A DNA stretch of 64,000 nt from Candidatus Omnitrophota bacterium (GTDB lineage: Bacteria; Omnitrophota; Gorgyraeia; Duberdicusellales; 4484-171), in contig PMCS01000018.1 in NCBI GenBank assembly GCA_003154195.1, positions 44,773-108,772 on the forward strand. The letters run 5' to 3'. Positions 17,383-26,135 of this stretch are shown here, one piece after another (position 1 is the stretch's first letter; the number at the start of each line of letters is the position of its first letter). A program made the position numbers and the translations under genes. Below the pieces are notes generated by a model, which was not told the origin of the DNA, ran no database searches, and worked only from the letters and a program-made list of their open reading frames with translations.

Positions 17383-19299
17383 TTATCCGCTCGTATAAAC
17401 CGCGGCGATCAGGTAGGCTTTATATTTTTTACCCTGGTACTCCACAGTATCGGTAACTTTATTCCAATCGACGTTTTCCGTGGCCTTGCCCAGGGTATAA
17501 TTATGCACCAAGTCGTCGTTTTGCTTCTGGCCGTAACCGGCGGCATAAGAAGTCGTGATGTAGTCGCCGGCTTCGATTGGGCCGTTAATGTCGCATACCC
17601 ACACCCGGCCTTCGCCTACCGCATTGACAAAGCCTTTTTGCTCTTTACCTTTGTACCAGTGGCTGTCTAAATCGAATTTTTTCACAAAAACGCCGAGGAT
17701 CGTTTTATCATTAGGCGAATTCGCCAGCTTTACCGTGGGCAAAGTATAGGACAAAGATATTTCGTCCCTACTGTCCTTGCGCAAGCGCGTCTCTCCGGTA
17801 ACGCAGACGATCACCCCCGGTTTAAATGCCGAATAATCTTTGGGTAGTAAACAATCGTGCGCGCCGGTAAAAGTGGCATACTTGACGCCTGGCCCCTGCG
17901 CTAGAAAGTTAGTCCCGTCTCCATTAGATAAAAATGAAACAAGGGTGGTGCCATTGCTTACTACGCCGATTGCCCCTTGAAAAACTCCACCATAATTAAG
18001 TCCCGTACCGGCCACGCCGGTATAGGGATAAATATTATGATCAACTGTGGACCCGCTAGCCTCGCCATAAATACCAAAGCCGGAGTCGGACCGGCCGTCA
18101 ACGCCTTTACCGTTCGAGTTATATCCTAAAATGCCGTCGCCAAGGTCGGTGAAACTCCAACCATAGATACCTTCGTGAGTCTCGCTATAGCCTTTAACTC
18201 CGACACCGTTAGTGCTGCTGCCATAAACACCAAGGGCGTTGGTGCTGTCACCCCAAACACCGCCGCTGAAACCGCCGTCTCCCTTTACACCGTAATCATT
18301 ATTGTCAATACTAGTGCTATGACCATAAACGCCGATCGTCCCCATGCCATATACGCCGTTACCGGTACCTTCGCCATAACCGCTCACGCCATACGATGTT
18401 CCGCGGCCGCATACGCCATCCCCGGATGTTGCAAAGCCAAATACGCCATACGCCCCCCCATTGCCAACCACGCCGGTGTCGCTTAAACCATCGATAATCA
18501 TACCGGCCGCCGCAGTGATACCATACACCCCGGGCCCTCCGTTACCGACTATGCCACTGCCGCTCACATCATAGCCAATAGGGCTTGCCCCAGCAGCCTC
18601 ACCACACATGCCGATTGGCCCCGTGCCATACACGCCATATGTCGCTGTTCCATCGCCATACACACCGGTCGGTCCACTGCCATACACGCCATATGTCGCT
18701 CCTGCGCCGGCCACACCACTGCTGGCGGGCAGAATATCGGGCGCCCCGCCGCCCCGGCCCATTACACCATATGTAGTTCCATAAGCATATACACCATAGG
18801 GGTTTCCGTTGCCATACACGCCCATGGTGTTTGTGGTTGTGCCATACCCCATTACACCGGATGAGGAATCTGCTGTTCCATATCCTTTTACACCGGCGTA
18901 TGTACTAGTGCCATATACGCCAGCCGATGGCCCAGAGCCATACACGCCGTACCCGTTCAGCCCGGTAGCCGTACCATGAATCGCATCGCCGTCCGTGCTT
19001 CTTGATGTATCAAGCGGATAGGCGGGAGTTACCGTCCCGATTCCCACGTTACCTTCAACTATCAAATCGGCGTTGGCGTCTATTGGTGTTCCTGCACCGC
19101 CTGACCAGGTATACAGGGAAGGATTATAATAATTATCGCCGATTGCTATTTTCTTCGCGCGGAGTTCATTATAAACTCCGAACGGCGCGGGATAGTAGGT
19201 GGTAATCGTGATGGTTTCCTGGGCATAAGCGATCAGGGAAAAAATAGCAAGAAGAAAACAAAAAGCGGATAACCTGATTAATCTGGTGGTTATAGTCAT
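17383..19299 (-). CDS. exported Gly-rich repeat fibre/adhesin-like protein with C-terminal intramolecular-chaperone (peptidase G2-like) domain
   Basis: Signal peptide, ITITTYYPAP.G.Y motif, GNVGIGT, many GVYG repeats, FTGAH ... GEGRVWV...IEAGDYITTS...GYGQKQ.DD. Confidence 0.7.
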   Translation of the reverse strand: MTITTRLIRLSAFCFLLAIFSLIAYAQETITITTYYPAPFGVYNELRAKKIAIGDNYYNPSLYTWSGGAGTPIDANADLIVEGNVGIGTVTPAYPLDTSRSTDGDAIHGTATGLNGYGVYGSGPSAGVYGTSTYAGVKGYGTADSSSGVMGYGTTTNTMGVYGNGNPYGVYAYGTTYGVMGRGGGAPDILPASSGVAGAGATYGVYGSGPTGVYGDGTATYGVYGTGPIGMCGEAAGASPIGYDVSGSGIVGNGGPGVYGITAAAGMIIDGLSDTGVVGNGGAYGVFGFATSGDGVCGRGTSYGVSGYGEGTGNGVYGMGTIGVYGHSTSIDNNDYGVKGDGGFSGGVWGDSTNALGVYGSSTNGVGVKGYSETHEGIYGWSFTDLGDGILGYNSNGKGVDGRSDSGFGIYGEASGSTVDHNIYPYTGVAGTGLNYGGVFQGAIGVVSNGTTLVSFLSNGDGTNFLAQGPGVKYATFTGAHDCLLPKDYSAFKPGVIVCVTGETRLRKDSRDEISLSYTLPTVKLANSPNDKTILGVFVKKFDLDSHWYKGKEQKGFVNAVGEGRVWVCDINGPIEAGDYITTSYAAGYGQKQNDDLVHNYTLGKATENVDWNKVTDTVEYQGKKYKAYLIAAVYTSG

Positions 19300-19368
19300 A
19301 GCCTACCCCCTTCGTAAATTGCAATTATTATCCCCTTAGGTCGTTGTCGCAAAACCGAGCTCACTTAA

Positions 19369-19397
19369 AGTATAACCTATAAATCGTAAAAATTCAA
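19369..19397 (-). promoter_or_regulatory. sigma70-type promoter of the fibre gene
   Basis: TTGAAT-N17-TATACT. Confidence 0.5.
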
Positions 19398-19524
19398 GGG
19401 ATACCCAAAATTTCAACCTCAGCGGAGTCTTGTTAACAAACTGTCCTGCTGCCGGTAAAAACTTCTGTCGCCTGACCTGTTTTTTGGGGAATGAAAAATA
19501 AACAGTCAGGAATTAAATAAATTA

Positions 19525-19566
19525 TGTATACTTTTTATATCGCTATAGCAATATAAAAAGTATACA
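19525..19566. promoter_or_regulatory. 42-bp near-perfect palindrome, candidate operator copy 1
   Basis: TGTATACTTTTTATATCGCTATAGCAATATAAAAAGTATACA, one mismatched pair. Confidence 0.7.
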
Positions 19567-19735
19567 AACTTGTGGAATAGAAATGCTTGCTTGTTAGAGT
19601 TTTACCAAGAATATTGTCCGCCGAGGATGATTAGACCTGGTTATGTTTGTCAAAACGTAACCCTAGGCGAAAATGAGGTGTTCCCCAATGTGGCGGAATT
19701 TTATATCGGCGGTATGCGGATTAAGCAGGGAAATA

Positions 19736-20566
19736 TCACAATCTTATATTGCAGGTAGAAAACAGTTTTTGGGGGAGCCGGGCAATCAAGCGCTCTGCCT
19801 CTACGCGTTTTCGCCAGAGGCCGGAAAAGTCTTTGGGTAAAAACGGATCTTTTACCAATAATTGATTGAATTCATGAAACAATTCCCCGCCTTTGAGGTA
19901 GTACTCTTTAAAATTGACTTCGTTTGTTTCTATAATACGGGTGTAGTCATTACAGCTTTCTATTAGTTTGTCGTAACGGCTATCGAGATTTTGTAAATTC
20001 CATGCCCGGTCAGCAATCTCATCGATATTTTTTCCGGCAAAAAAATTACCTTCGTATATGCAAAGATATTTCAGTAATCCATATTCCCGGCATCGATGGT
20101 TGATTTGATGCGTATAGTCGTAGCAGGAAGCCCAGCAGCTGTCCTGAATCATCCCGAATCCCAGCGCCTGCAGGTTATGCCGTAACCACTCCCGGTGTTT
20201 TTTGCTTCGCTCGGGGATATCGTAAATAACGAGGCGCCATTTTTTATCCCATTTTTTTTGAAACTGTTGCGCTTTTATGTCTATGGCATCCGACAGAAAA
20301 CTGTATCGCCGGTCTTTATTAAAAGAAAACTGAAGTTTTTTTGCCTTAATTTTACGGATATAGCCTTTTCGGCATAACGATGCGGTTCTATTGTGTAATC
20401 TTTGCCGCGAATACAATTCGAATAATTGCGAACCGTGCAGGGCTTTCGGCCAAAAAGGCGGGGTGGAAAAAAAGAGGCAAAAATATAACATTTCCAAACT
20501 TTCTCTTAATAAAAAATCCGTCGCGTCGTTCATGCCGTATTTAACTCTGTTTAATGTTTTATTCAT
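19736..20566 (-). CDS. PaaX-family transcriptional regulator with Cas2-like central domain
   Basis: WDKKWRLVIYDIPE...LR..L..LGFGMIQDS.W central domain; AWNL and DPFLP PaaX_C-like motifs. Confidence 0.75.
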   Translation of the reverse strand: MNKTLNRVKYGMNDATDFLLRESLEMLYFCLFFSTPPFWPKALHGSQLFELYSRQRLHNRTASLCRKGYIRKIKAKKLQFSFNKDRRYSFLSDAIDIKAQQFQKKWDKKWRLVIYDIPERSKKHREWLRHNLQALGFGMIQDSCWASCYDYTHQINHRCREYGLLKYLCIYEGNFFAGKNIDEIADRAWNLQNLDSRYDKLIESCNDYTRIIETNEVNFKEYYLKGGELFHEFNQLLVKDPFLPKDFSGLWRKRVEAERLIARLPQKLFSTCNIRL

Positions 20567-20647
20567 GTTTTTGTGCCAAGGTTATGTGTTGTTGCGATAG
20601 CGCTGGAAAATATGAAATATTTACGCCATAGGAACTGTTTTTTTAGG

Positions 20648-20689
20648 AGTATATTAAAAATATTGCTATAGCAATATAAAAAGTATACA
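20648..20689. promoter_or_regulatory. 42-bp palindrome copy 2, upstream of the PaaX-like gene
   Basis: AGTATATTAAAAATATTGCTATAGCAATATAAAAAGTATACA; last 25 bp identical to copy 1. Confidence 0.7.
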
Positions 20690-20718
20690 AAAATTAAGTA
20701 AAAAAACAAGTGTATTTT

Positions 20719-21324
20719 TTAAACGGCAATCTTGTATTTTTTTAATTCTTGCGTGGCTTGTTTTAAATTTCTGAACTGGACGCAATTGAGGGAAAGTTTC
20801 CGGGCGGGGGTAATCAGATCCGGACGGTCGTCGATGTAAACGATTTGGGAATATTTGCATCCTGCCATTTTTTTCAGTTCGGCGTATATCTTTTTTTCCG
20901 GCTTGACCGATTTTACCTTATAGGAAAGAACGAGTTTGTTAAAAATATCAAAAACTGCGGGATATTTTGCGTAAAGATAATTGAAATGCCATTCGTTGAT
21001 GTTGGAAATCATATATAGCGGGTAATGCTGTGAAAGTTTTGCGGCAAAGTCGATTACTTCCGGCATGGGGAAGAATATTTCGTTCCAGATGACGATGAAT
21101 TCGTCATGGCCGATGTCAACGCCGAATTTATTTTTAAATTTTTCATAAAATTTTCTGCCGGAAACTAAACCTTTTTCAAACTCAAGGGCGAAATTCTTAT
21201 AGAATAATTCTTCGATCACCTGAGCATGGGGCGCGTTAATCCTCCCTTTTAACCGGCGCAGGGCGATTGCGTAGTCAAAATCAAATAATACTCTGCCTAA
21301 ATCAAAGGCAATAGCTTCAATCAT
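20719..21324 (-). CDS. HAD-superfamily phosphatase (YihX-like)
   Basis: FDLGRVL motif I, ISN, KP, YIDD. Confidence 0.88.
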   Translation of the reverse strand: MIEAIAFDLGRVLFDFDYAIALRRLKGRINAPHAQVIEELFYKNFALEFEKGLVSGRKFYEKFKNKFGVDIGHDEFIVIWNEIFFPMPEVIDFAAKLSQHYPLYMISNINEWHFNYLYAKYPAVFDIFNKLVLSYKVKSVKPEKKIYAELKKMAGCKYSQIVYIDDRPDLITPARKLSLNCVQFRNLKQATQELKKYKIAV

Positions 21325-21334
21325 ATAAAATAAA

Positions 21335-21446
21335 AACCAAAAGATTTACCACCAAGGCACTAAGCCACAAAAAAGCGACATTAGATGAGGAAAGAATTAT
21401 TTTTTAATCTTAGTGTCTTGGTGTCTTTCTGGCAAAGTTTTTGGTT
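21335..21446. repeat. intergenic inverted repeat, ACCACCAAG...CTTGGTGGT family
   Basis: accaaaagatttaccaccaaggcactaag ... cttagtgtcttggtgtc...ttttggtt; related copies at about 22980-23060, 24430-25170, 25505-25550 and 56293-56486. Confidence 0.75.
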
Positions 21447-22942
21447 CAGAAATAGAGATCTCGTTCACCTTTTTTAATCTTTTCGTAATACTCGATCAAC
21501 TTCGGATAAATTTTGGGCATTTTTTCTTTTATTTCCGCCAGTTCACGGTTGATGACTTTTTCTCCGATTTTTTTCGTCGCCGGCCCGGCGAAATCGTCGA
21601 GCCACTCTCGGAAGGTGAGGATCGCGTTGAGTTTGCAGAATTTTCCTTCCTGTCCGGTTTTTAAAAGGTCCATAATACATTCTCCTGTCCGGCCGCAGCG
21701 GTAGCCGGCGGTGCAAAAAGAAGTGATATAACCCATGCGGCAGAATTCCGCGATTAATTCCTCGAGGCTGCGGGTATCGCCCAGCAAAAATTGCTGGCGT
21801 TTGGTTTCTTGTTTACCGCTGCTTCCGCTATAGGCGCCGATGCCGATACGCGTCGAGGCGTCGGTCTGGGTAACGCCTAATTGTATCGAGCGGCGGCGCA
21901 TCTGGGGCGTTTCCCGCGCGGTGATGATCATACCGGTATAAGGGACGCTTAAGCGGATTACCGTGATGAGCTTTTCAAAATTACGGTCAGATACTTTATG
22001 GCGTGAATCTATCGTATACGGCGCGTTGGCCGCCGGCTCAAGGCGCGGGAAAGAAATCGTGTGCGGCCCGATGCCGAATTGTTTTTCCAGTTCCCGGGCG
22101 TGGGCGACCAGGCCCATTACTTCGAATTTCCAGTCGTATAAACCAAAAAGCGCGCCGATGCCTACGTCGTCGATTCCTGCTTCGAGAGCGCGGTGCATCG
22201 TGTAAAGCCGCCATCGGTAGTCTGATTTTAATGTTCCCCGGGGATGCAGAGTGGCATAGGTATCGTGATGGTAAGTTTCCTGAAACACCTGGTAGGTGCC
22301 CAGCCCCGCCCGTTTTAAAATTTTTAATTCGTTAACGGGCATCGGCGCGGCATTGACGTTTACCCGGCGTATCCGGCTAAAGCCGTGTTTTGTTTTGGCC
22401 TTAACCTTGTAGATTTCTTTTATCGTTTTGACCATGTATCTCACATCAGCCCGGGGGTGTTCGCCGTAAACGACAATCAGGCGTTTGTGGCCGATTTTTC
22501 CCGCGAGGACTTCGGTTTCTTTCCGCACTTCTTCGAGGCTTAATATTTTTCGCTTTGCTTCCTTGTTGCCTTGCCGGAATCCGCAATAAAGGCAGTCATT
22601 CAGGCAAAGATTGCTCAGGTAAAGCGGGGCGAAAGTGACAATTCGGTTATCATAAACTTTTTTCTTGATCTGTAGGGCGGTTTTTTCCATTTCCCGCAGG
22701 AGGCCGGTATCGGTGACGTTTAATAGCGCTGCCGTTTCGTCGAGGGTTAAGGTTTCAATCGCGAGGGATTTCGCTAAGATGTTTTTTATTTTTTCCGGGC
22801 CGGGATGATTATTTGCTTTAAGAGTTTTAATTATTTCATTATCATCGATAAAATCCTTGCCGTTAACCAGGTATTTTTCAAACTCGTTTTTTTTGATTCG
22901 ATTCTTCGCCCAGTTTTTCACGTCGATTGATTTTTTTATCAT
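21446..22942 (-). CDS. hydG: [FeFe]-hydrogenase maturase HydG-like radical SAM tyrosine lyase
   Basis: FAPLYLSN.CxxxCxYCGF, RRVNVN, FQETY, DDVGIG.LFGL, GPHTIS.PR, and the HydG-specific C-terminal extension SFCTA.YR.GRTG...C..NA..T..E.L.D...GERDLYF that ThiH lacks. Confidence 0.9.
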   Translation of the reverse strand: MIKKSIDVKNWAKNRIKKNEFEKYLVNGKDFIDDNEIIKTLKANNHPGPEKIKNILAKSLAIETLTLDETAALLNVTDTGLLREMEKTALQIKKKVYDNRIVTFAPLYLSNLCLNDCLYCGFRQGNKEAKRKILSLEEVRKETEVLAGKIGHKRLIVVYGEHPRADVRYMVKTIKEIYKVKAKTKHGFSRIRRVNVNAAPMPVNELKILKRAGLGTYQVFQETYHHDTYATLHPRGTLKSDYRWRLYTMHRALEAGIDDVGIGALFGLYDWKFEVMGLVAHARELEKQFGIGPHTISFPRLEPAANAPYTIDSRHKVSDRNFEKLITVIRLSVPYTGMIITARETPQMRRRSIQLGVTQTDASTRIGIGAYSGSSGKQETKRQQFLLGDTRSLEELIAEFCRMGYITSFCTAGYRCGRTGECIMDLLKTGQEGKFCKLNAILTFREWLDDFAGPATKKIGEKVINRELAEIKEKMPKIYPKLIEYYEKIKKGERDLYF

Positions 22943-23091
22943 AAGTTCTCGGCTGTAGAATTTGAATAAAAACCTAAAACCTACCACCAAGACACCAAGG
23001 CATAAAGAAAAGGTGAATTTTCTTGGTGGCTTGGTGTCTTGGTGGTAAATCTTTTGGTTTTATTTTATCTGCGATCATCAGCATTTTCTAA

Positions 23092-24411
23092 TCAGTGATC
23101 CTCTGCGTTTTCTCTGATTCCCAAATCTGTTGGCGCCCTTCCCAGGGATTTTAGGAGCGAGACGGTCGTTTCTATTTGTGAAGATATGCTATCGCCGGAG
23201 TGCGCTTTATTGGGATAAATCTCGTAGTGCCGGCGGTACTTAAGCGGCGTAACATTAAGCATAACTGTATTGCCGCCGCTTAGCAACCCTTGCCGCATCC
23301 CGGAAGGATCAACCGTCTCCAGGGCCGTGGTTACGGCGATCTTCGCGTTGGCGGCGTCAACCAGCCGGGCTAAAGCCATGACTTTCAGGACATCCGTGGA
23401 TTGTCCCGGCGGGCATGCTGCCAGCGGCGTACCGGGATGTGGTAAGAACGGGCCGAAAGAATACATTTCCGGCCGCAGTTTTTTTGCCAGCTTGATATCG
23501 TCAAGAATATCGGCTACGGTTTGCCCGGGGATGCCGATTAAAGAACCGGTCATGATGATGTAGCCTAATTCGTAAGCCCGGCGGATATGAGCCAGGCGTG
23601 TGTCGAGTGCGCGCCCGGGATGAAGCTTGGCGTAAAGCTCAGGGTTGGAAGTCTCAAAGCGCATCAGCATTGCCCGGCTGCCGGCGTCATATAGTTCCTC
23701 CAATCCTTCCATGCCGAGTTCGCCGAAGCTTACGCAAATCAAAACTGCCGCCTTTTTCTTTATTCCTTTGATAATCCCGGATAATTGTTTTGCGGTGAAG
23801 CCGGGGTCTTCCCCGCTTTGTAAGACTAACGCCTGGAATCCGTATTCTTCGCAGGCTTCGACTGCCGCGGCGATGATTTCTTCCGGCGTCATGCGATAGC
23901 GGGTAATATTTTTATTGTGGCGGGATATGCCGCAATATTGGCAGGCGCTTGCGCAGTGATTGGATATTTCGATGATGCCGTGCACGCAGCAGGAATTTTT
24001 ATGGTACTTTTGGCGCAGGAAATTAGCTGTCTTGAAAAGTAATTCTATTTCCTGGGGGGCGGCGAGACGGAATAAATATTCAAGGTCGTCTTTTTTAAGG
24101 GTTAATCCTTCCATCGCCCGGTCTAAAATCGTGCCGGTTTTCTTATTAATATTTTTTTTATCGAGATCCAGCCGGGAAAGGCGCAGATCGGTGTCCTGAA
24201 GCTGGAAAAAAATCTCACGCCAGGCTTCGATGATCTCCCCCGCTTCTTTTTCCGGCACTTTTTTTATTATAAAACCGCCCTGGGCGCAGACATAATCGCC
24301 GATTTTCAAGTCGTAGAATTCGTTCCGGGCTTTTTTCTCTTCGCCGAAGTAGTCGACAACGACGGTTTTTTCGTTGATCGCTTTAATTTTTCCGGGTATC
24401 GCGTAGCACAT
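23092..24411 (-). CDS. fusion of a HypC/HupF domain and a HydE-like radical SAM domain
   Basis: N-terminus MCYAIPGKI...VVDYFG...IGDYV...GGF.I..V...EA (HypC); then EISNHCASACQYCG, LQSGED, RFETSNPELY.KLHP, GPFLPHPGTPL, TTALET, N.VM.N.TP..YR..YEIYPNK (HydE/PylB-like). Confidence 0.88.
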   Translation of the reverse strand: MCYAIPGKIKAINEKTVVVDYFGEEKKARNEFYDLKIGDYVCAQGGFIIKKVPEKEAGEIIEAWREIFFQLQDTDLRLSRLDLDKKNINKKTGTILDRAMEGLTLKKDDLEYLFRLAAPQEIELLFKTANFLRQKYHKNSCCVHGIIEISNHCASACQYCGISRHNKNITRYRMTPEEIIAAAVEACEEYGFQALVLQSGEDPGFTAKQLSGIIKGIKKKAAVLICVSFGELGMEGLEELYDAGSRAMLMRFETSNPELYAKLHPGRALDTRLAHIRRAYELGYIIMTGSLIGIPGQTVADILDDIKLAKKLRPEMYSFGPFLPHPGTPLAACPPGQSTDVLKVMALARLVDAANAKIAVTTALETVDPSGMRQGLLSGGNTVMLNVTPLKYRRHYEIYPNKAHSGDSISSQIETTVSLLKSLGRAPTDLGIRENAEDH

Positions 24412-24429
24412 TGTTTAAACCTCAAAAAT

Positions 24430-25170
24430 AAAACCAAAAACTTACCACCAAGGCACTAAGATTTTTATCACCAAGACACCAAGAAGAAAAAACTTTCTAC
24501 TACCCGCTCGCTTTGTTCGCTGAAGGACACGAAGCTCACGAAAGAAAACAAAAAATAATTTTCAGCCACAGGTTAACACAGATGGACACAGATAAATATA
24601 AAAAAATGTTTCCCGCAAAGTTCGCGAAGAAAATAAAAATCTTTACCGCAGGCACAAAGGATACAAGAAAGCTTCAAGGTATTTCCCGCAAAGGCGCAAA
24701 GTGCGCAAAGAAAAACAAAACTAAAATTTCGCCTGATTGGGCGAGTTCACAGAGAAAAAATATATCTGCCCCGTTTTGCACTATTTTTATTAAACCAATT
24801 TTTTATTCTTTTTCTCTATTTTTAAAAAAATGTTTGTATCTTCCGATTCCACATATTCTGGAGATAGGCAACTTATTTTATCGCCTTTTCTTATTTGTGC
24901 AATTTGCGTGATTCGTTGTTAAAATTTTCCCCTAGTTTTCTTATTTTTTATTTATCTTTTCTTTTTCTTAATCTGCGTAATCTGTGGACAAAAAATTTTT
25001 GTTTTTATTTTTTCTTCGTGAGCTTCGTGCTCTTCAGCGAGTACTCAAGCGGGTGGTGAAAATTATTTTCCCAATTTTTTATCCTGTCCATCCGTGTTCA
25101 TCTGTGGCCAATAATTCTAGGTCTTATTTTTTTGTGTCTTTGTGCCTTCGTGGTAAATCTTTTGGTTCTG
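24430..25170. repeat. nested composite of several inverted-repeat families
   Basis: Left arms at 24430-24720 have reverse-complement partners at 25010-25170. Confidence 0.7.
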
Positions 25171-25171
25171 T

Positions 25172-25414
25172 TTATTCTATATCAAACGAAACCACGTCCA
25201 CCCTCTCCGCCATGAAACAGGTAATCTCTAATTCCACCCCTTCCAGGATCGTGCCTTTAGCTAAAACGCTGAATGTTTCCCGAAACGAAGTTTCCTTTAT
25301 GCCGGTTAATTCACCGATTTTCAGGCGTATTTTGGTTACGCGCCGGCCGCCTTCCTGTTTCGCGTGTTCGACGATACCTTTGATTATCGGTTCGATGATG
25401 TGCGTTTCGTGCAT
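25172..25414 (-). CDS. hypA: short HypA/HybF nickel chaperone lacking the zinc finger
   Basis: MHE start, RVTKIRLKIGELTG, F..LAKGT..EG.EL.I; no CxxC pairs; 80 aa. Confidence 0.8.
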   Translation of the reverse strand: MHETHIIEPIIKGIVEHAKQEGGRRVTKIRLKIGELTGIKETSFRETFSVLAKGTILEGVELEITCFMAERVDVVSFDIE

Positions 25415-25504
25415 AGAATATAGAAAAAATATAGATATAGAAAACCATAAAGATTCACCACGAAGGTCACGAAGGTCACGAAGAAATTTTTTATAAATGC
25501 CTGA

Positions 25505-26011
25505 TTAGTGTTTTTGTGCCTTAGTGTCTTGGTGGTAAGTTTTTGGTTTTTCTTTAGTCGCTTCGATTATCAATCTTGAAACTTCACCGACGGCTTTTTT
25601 AACCGGCTCCGACAATTCTTCCCCGAAAGAAATATTTTCCGGCTGTATCGCCAACAGATATATATCGGCCTTGATCCGGCTTTGTAAATATTCGATAAAA
25701 AGTTTCGGCGAAATATTATGCGTGGTGAATCCCGAGTTGGCGATTTCCTCGTTTTTCAGGATCCGGTATTGCCCAGTCTCTAAACCCAAGTGCGCCGCGT
25801 CGATGAGTATTACCGTATCGGGTTTTTCTTTGATTATCTTGCCGCTGTGGTTTTCCGGGGCGCTTCCCGCGTCGATGCATACTGCGGCGGTATGATTTTT
25901 TAATCTTTCGATAATTGCCGGACCCAATCCATCGTCCGAGCGTAAAGTATTGCCTATCCCGACAAAAACAATTTTGCCCTTTAGTATATCCTGAAATATA
26001 TTTTTTGCCAT
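25505..26011 (-). CDS. hycI: hydrogenase maturation endopeptidase, HycI-like
   Basis: GIGN.LR.DDGLG, DAG..PEN, IDAA, TTH, IQP. Confidence 0.9.
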   Translation of the reverse strand: MAKNIFQDILKGKIVFVGIGNTLRSDDGLGPAIIERLKNHTAAVCIDAGSAPENHSGKIIKEKPDTVILIDAAHLGLETGQYRILKNEEIANSGFTTHNISPKLFIEYLQSRIKADIYLLAIQPENISFGEELSEPVKKAVGEVSRLIIEATKEKPKTYHQDTKAQKH

Positions 26012-26135
26012 ATTAAAGTTTGACCAAAGACCTTTGATGTATTTTCAAAATTTTCTGAAAGAAAATTTTGGTCTTTAGTCTTTGGTCTGTTGTCTTTAGT
26101 CTAATCTTAGTGCTTGGTGGCAGATGTTTTGCTTT

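Noticed and set aside
17383-19299. Diversity-generating retroelement target
   Set aside because: No reverse transcriptase and no template/variable repeat pair differing at adenines was seen.
19736-20566. Cas2 / CRISPR system
   Set aside because: The Cas2-like YDIP motif is the central domain of a PaaX-like protein. There are no cas genes and no regularly spaced repeat-spacer array in the window.
21446-24411. ThiH/BioB cofactor-biosynthesis pair
   Set aside because: The first protein has the HydG-specific C-terminal Cys extension. The second has HydE-type motifs and a HypC domain. No thi or bio genes are adjacent.
24513-25496. Plus-strand ORFs 24513..24911 and 24984..25496
   Set aside because: They are translations of repeat arms or antisense to hypA, with low complexity and no recognisable motifs.
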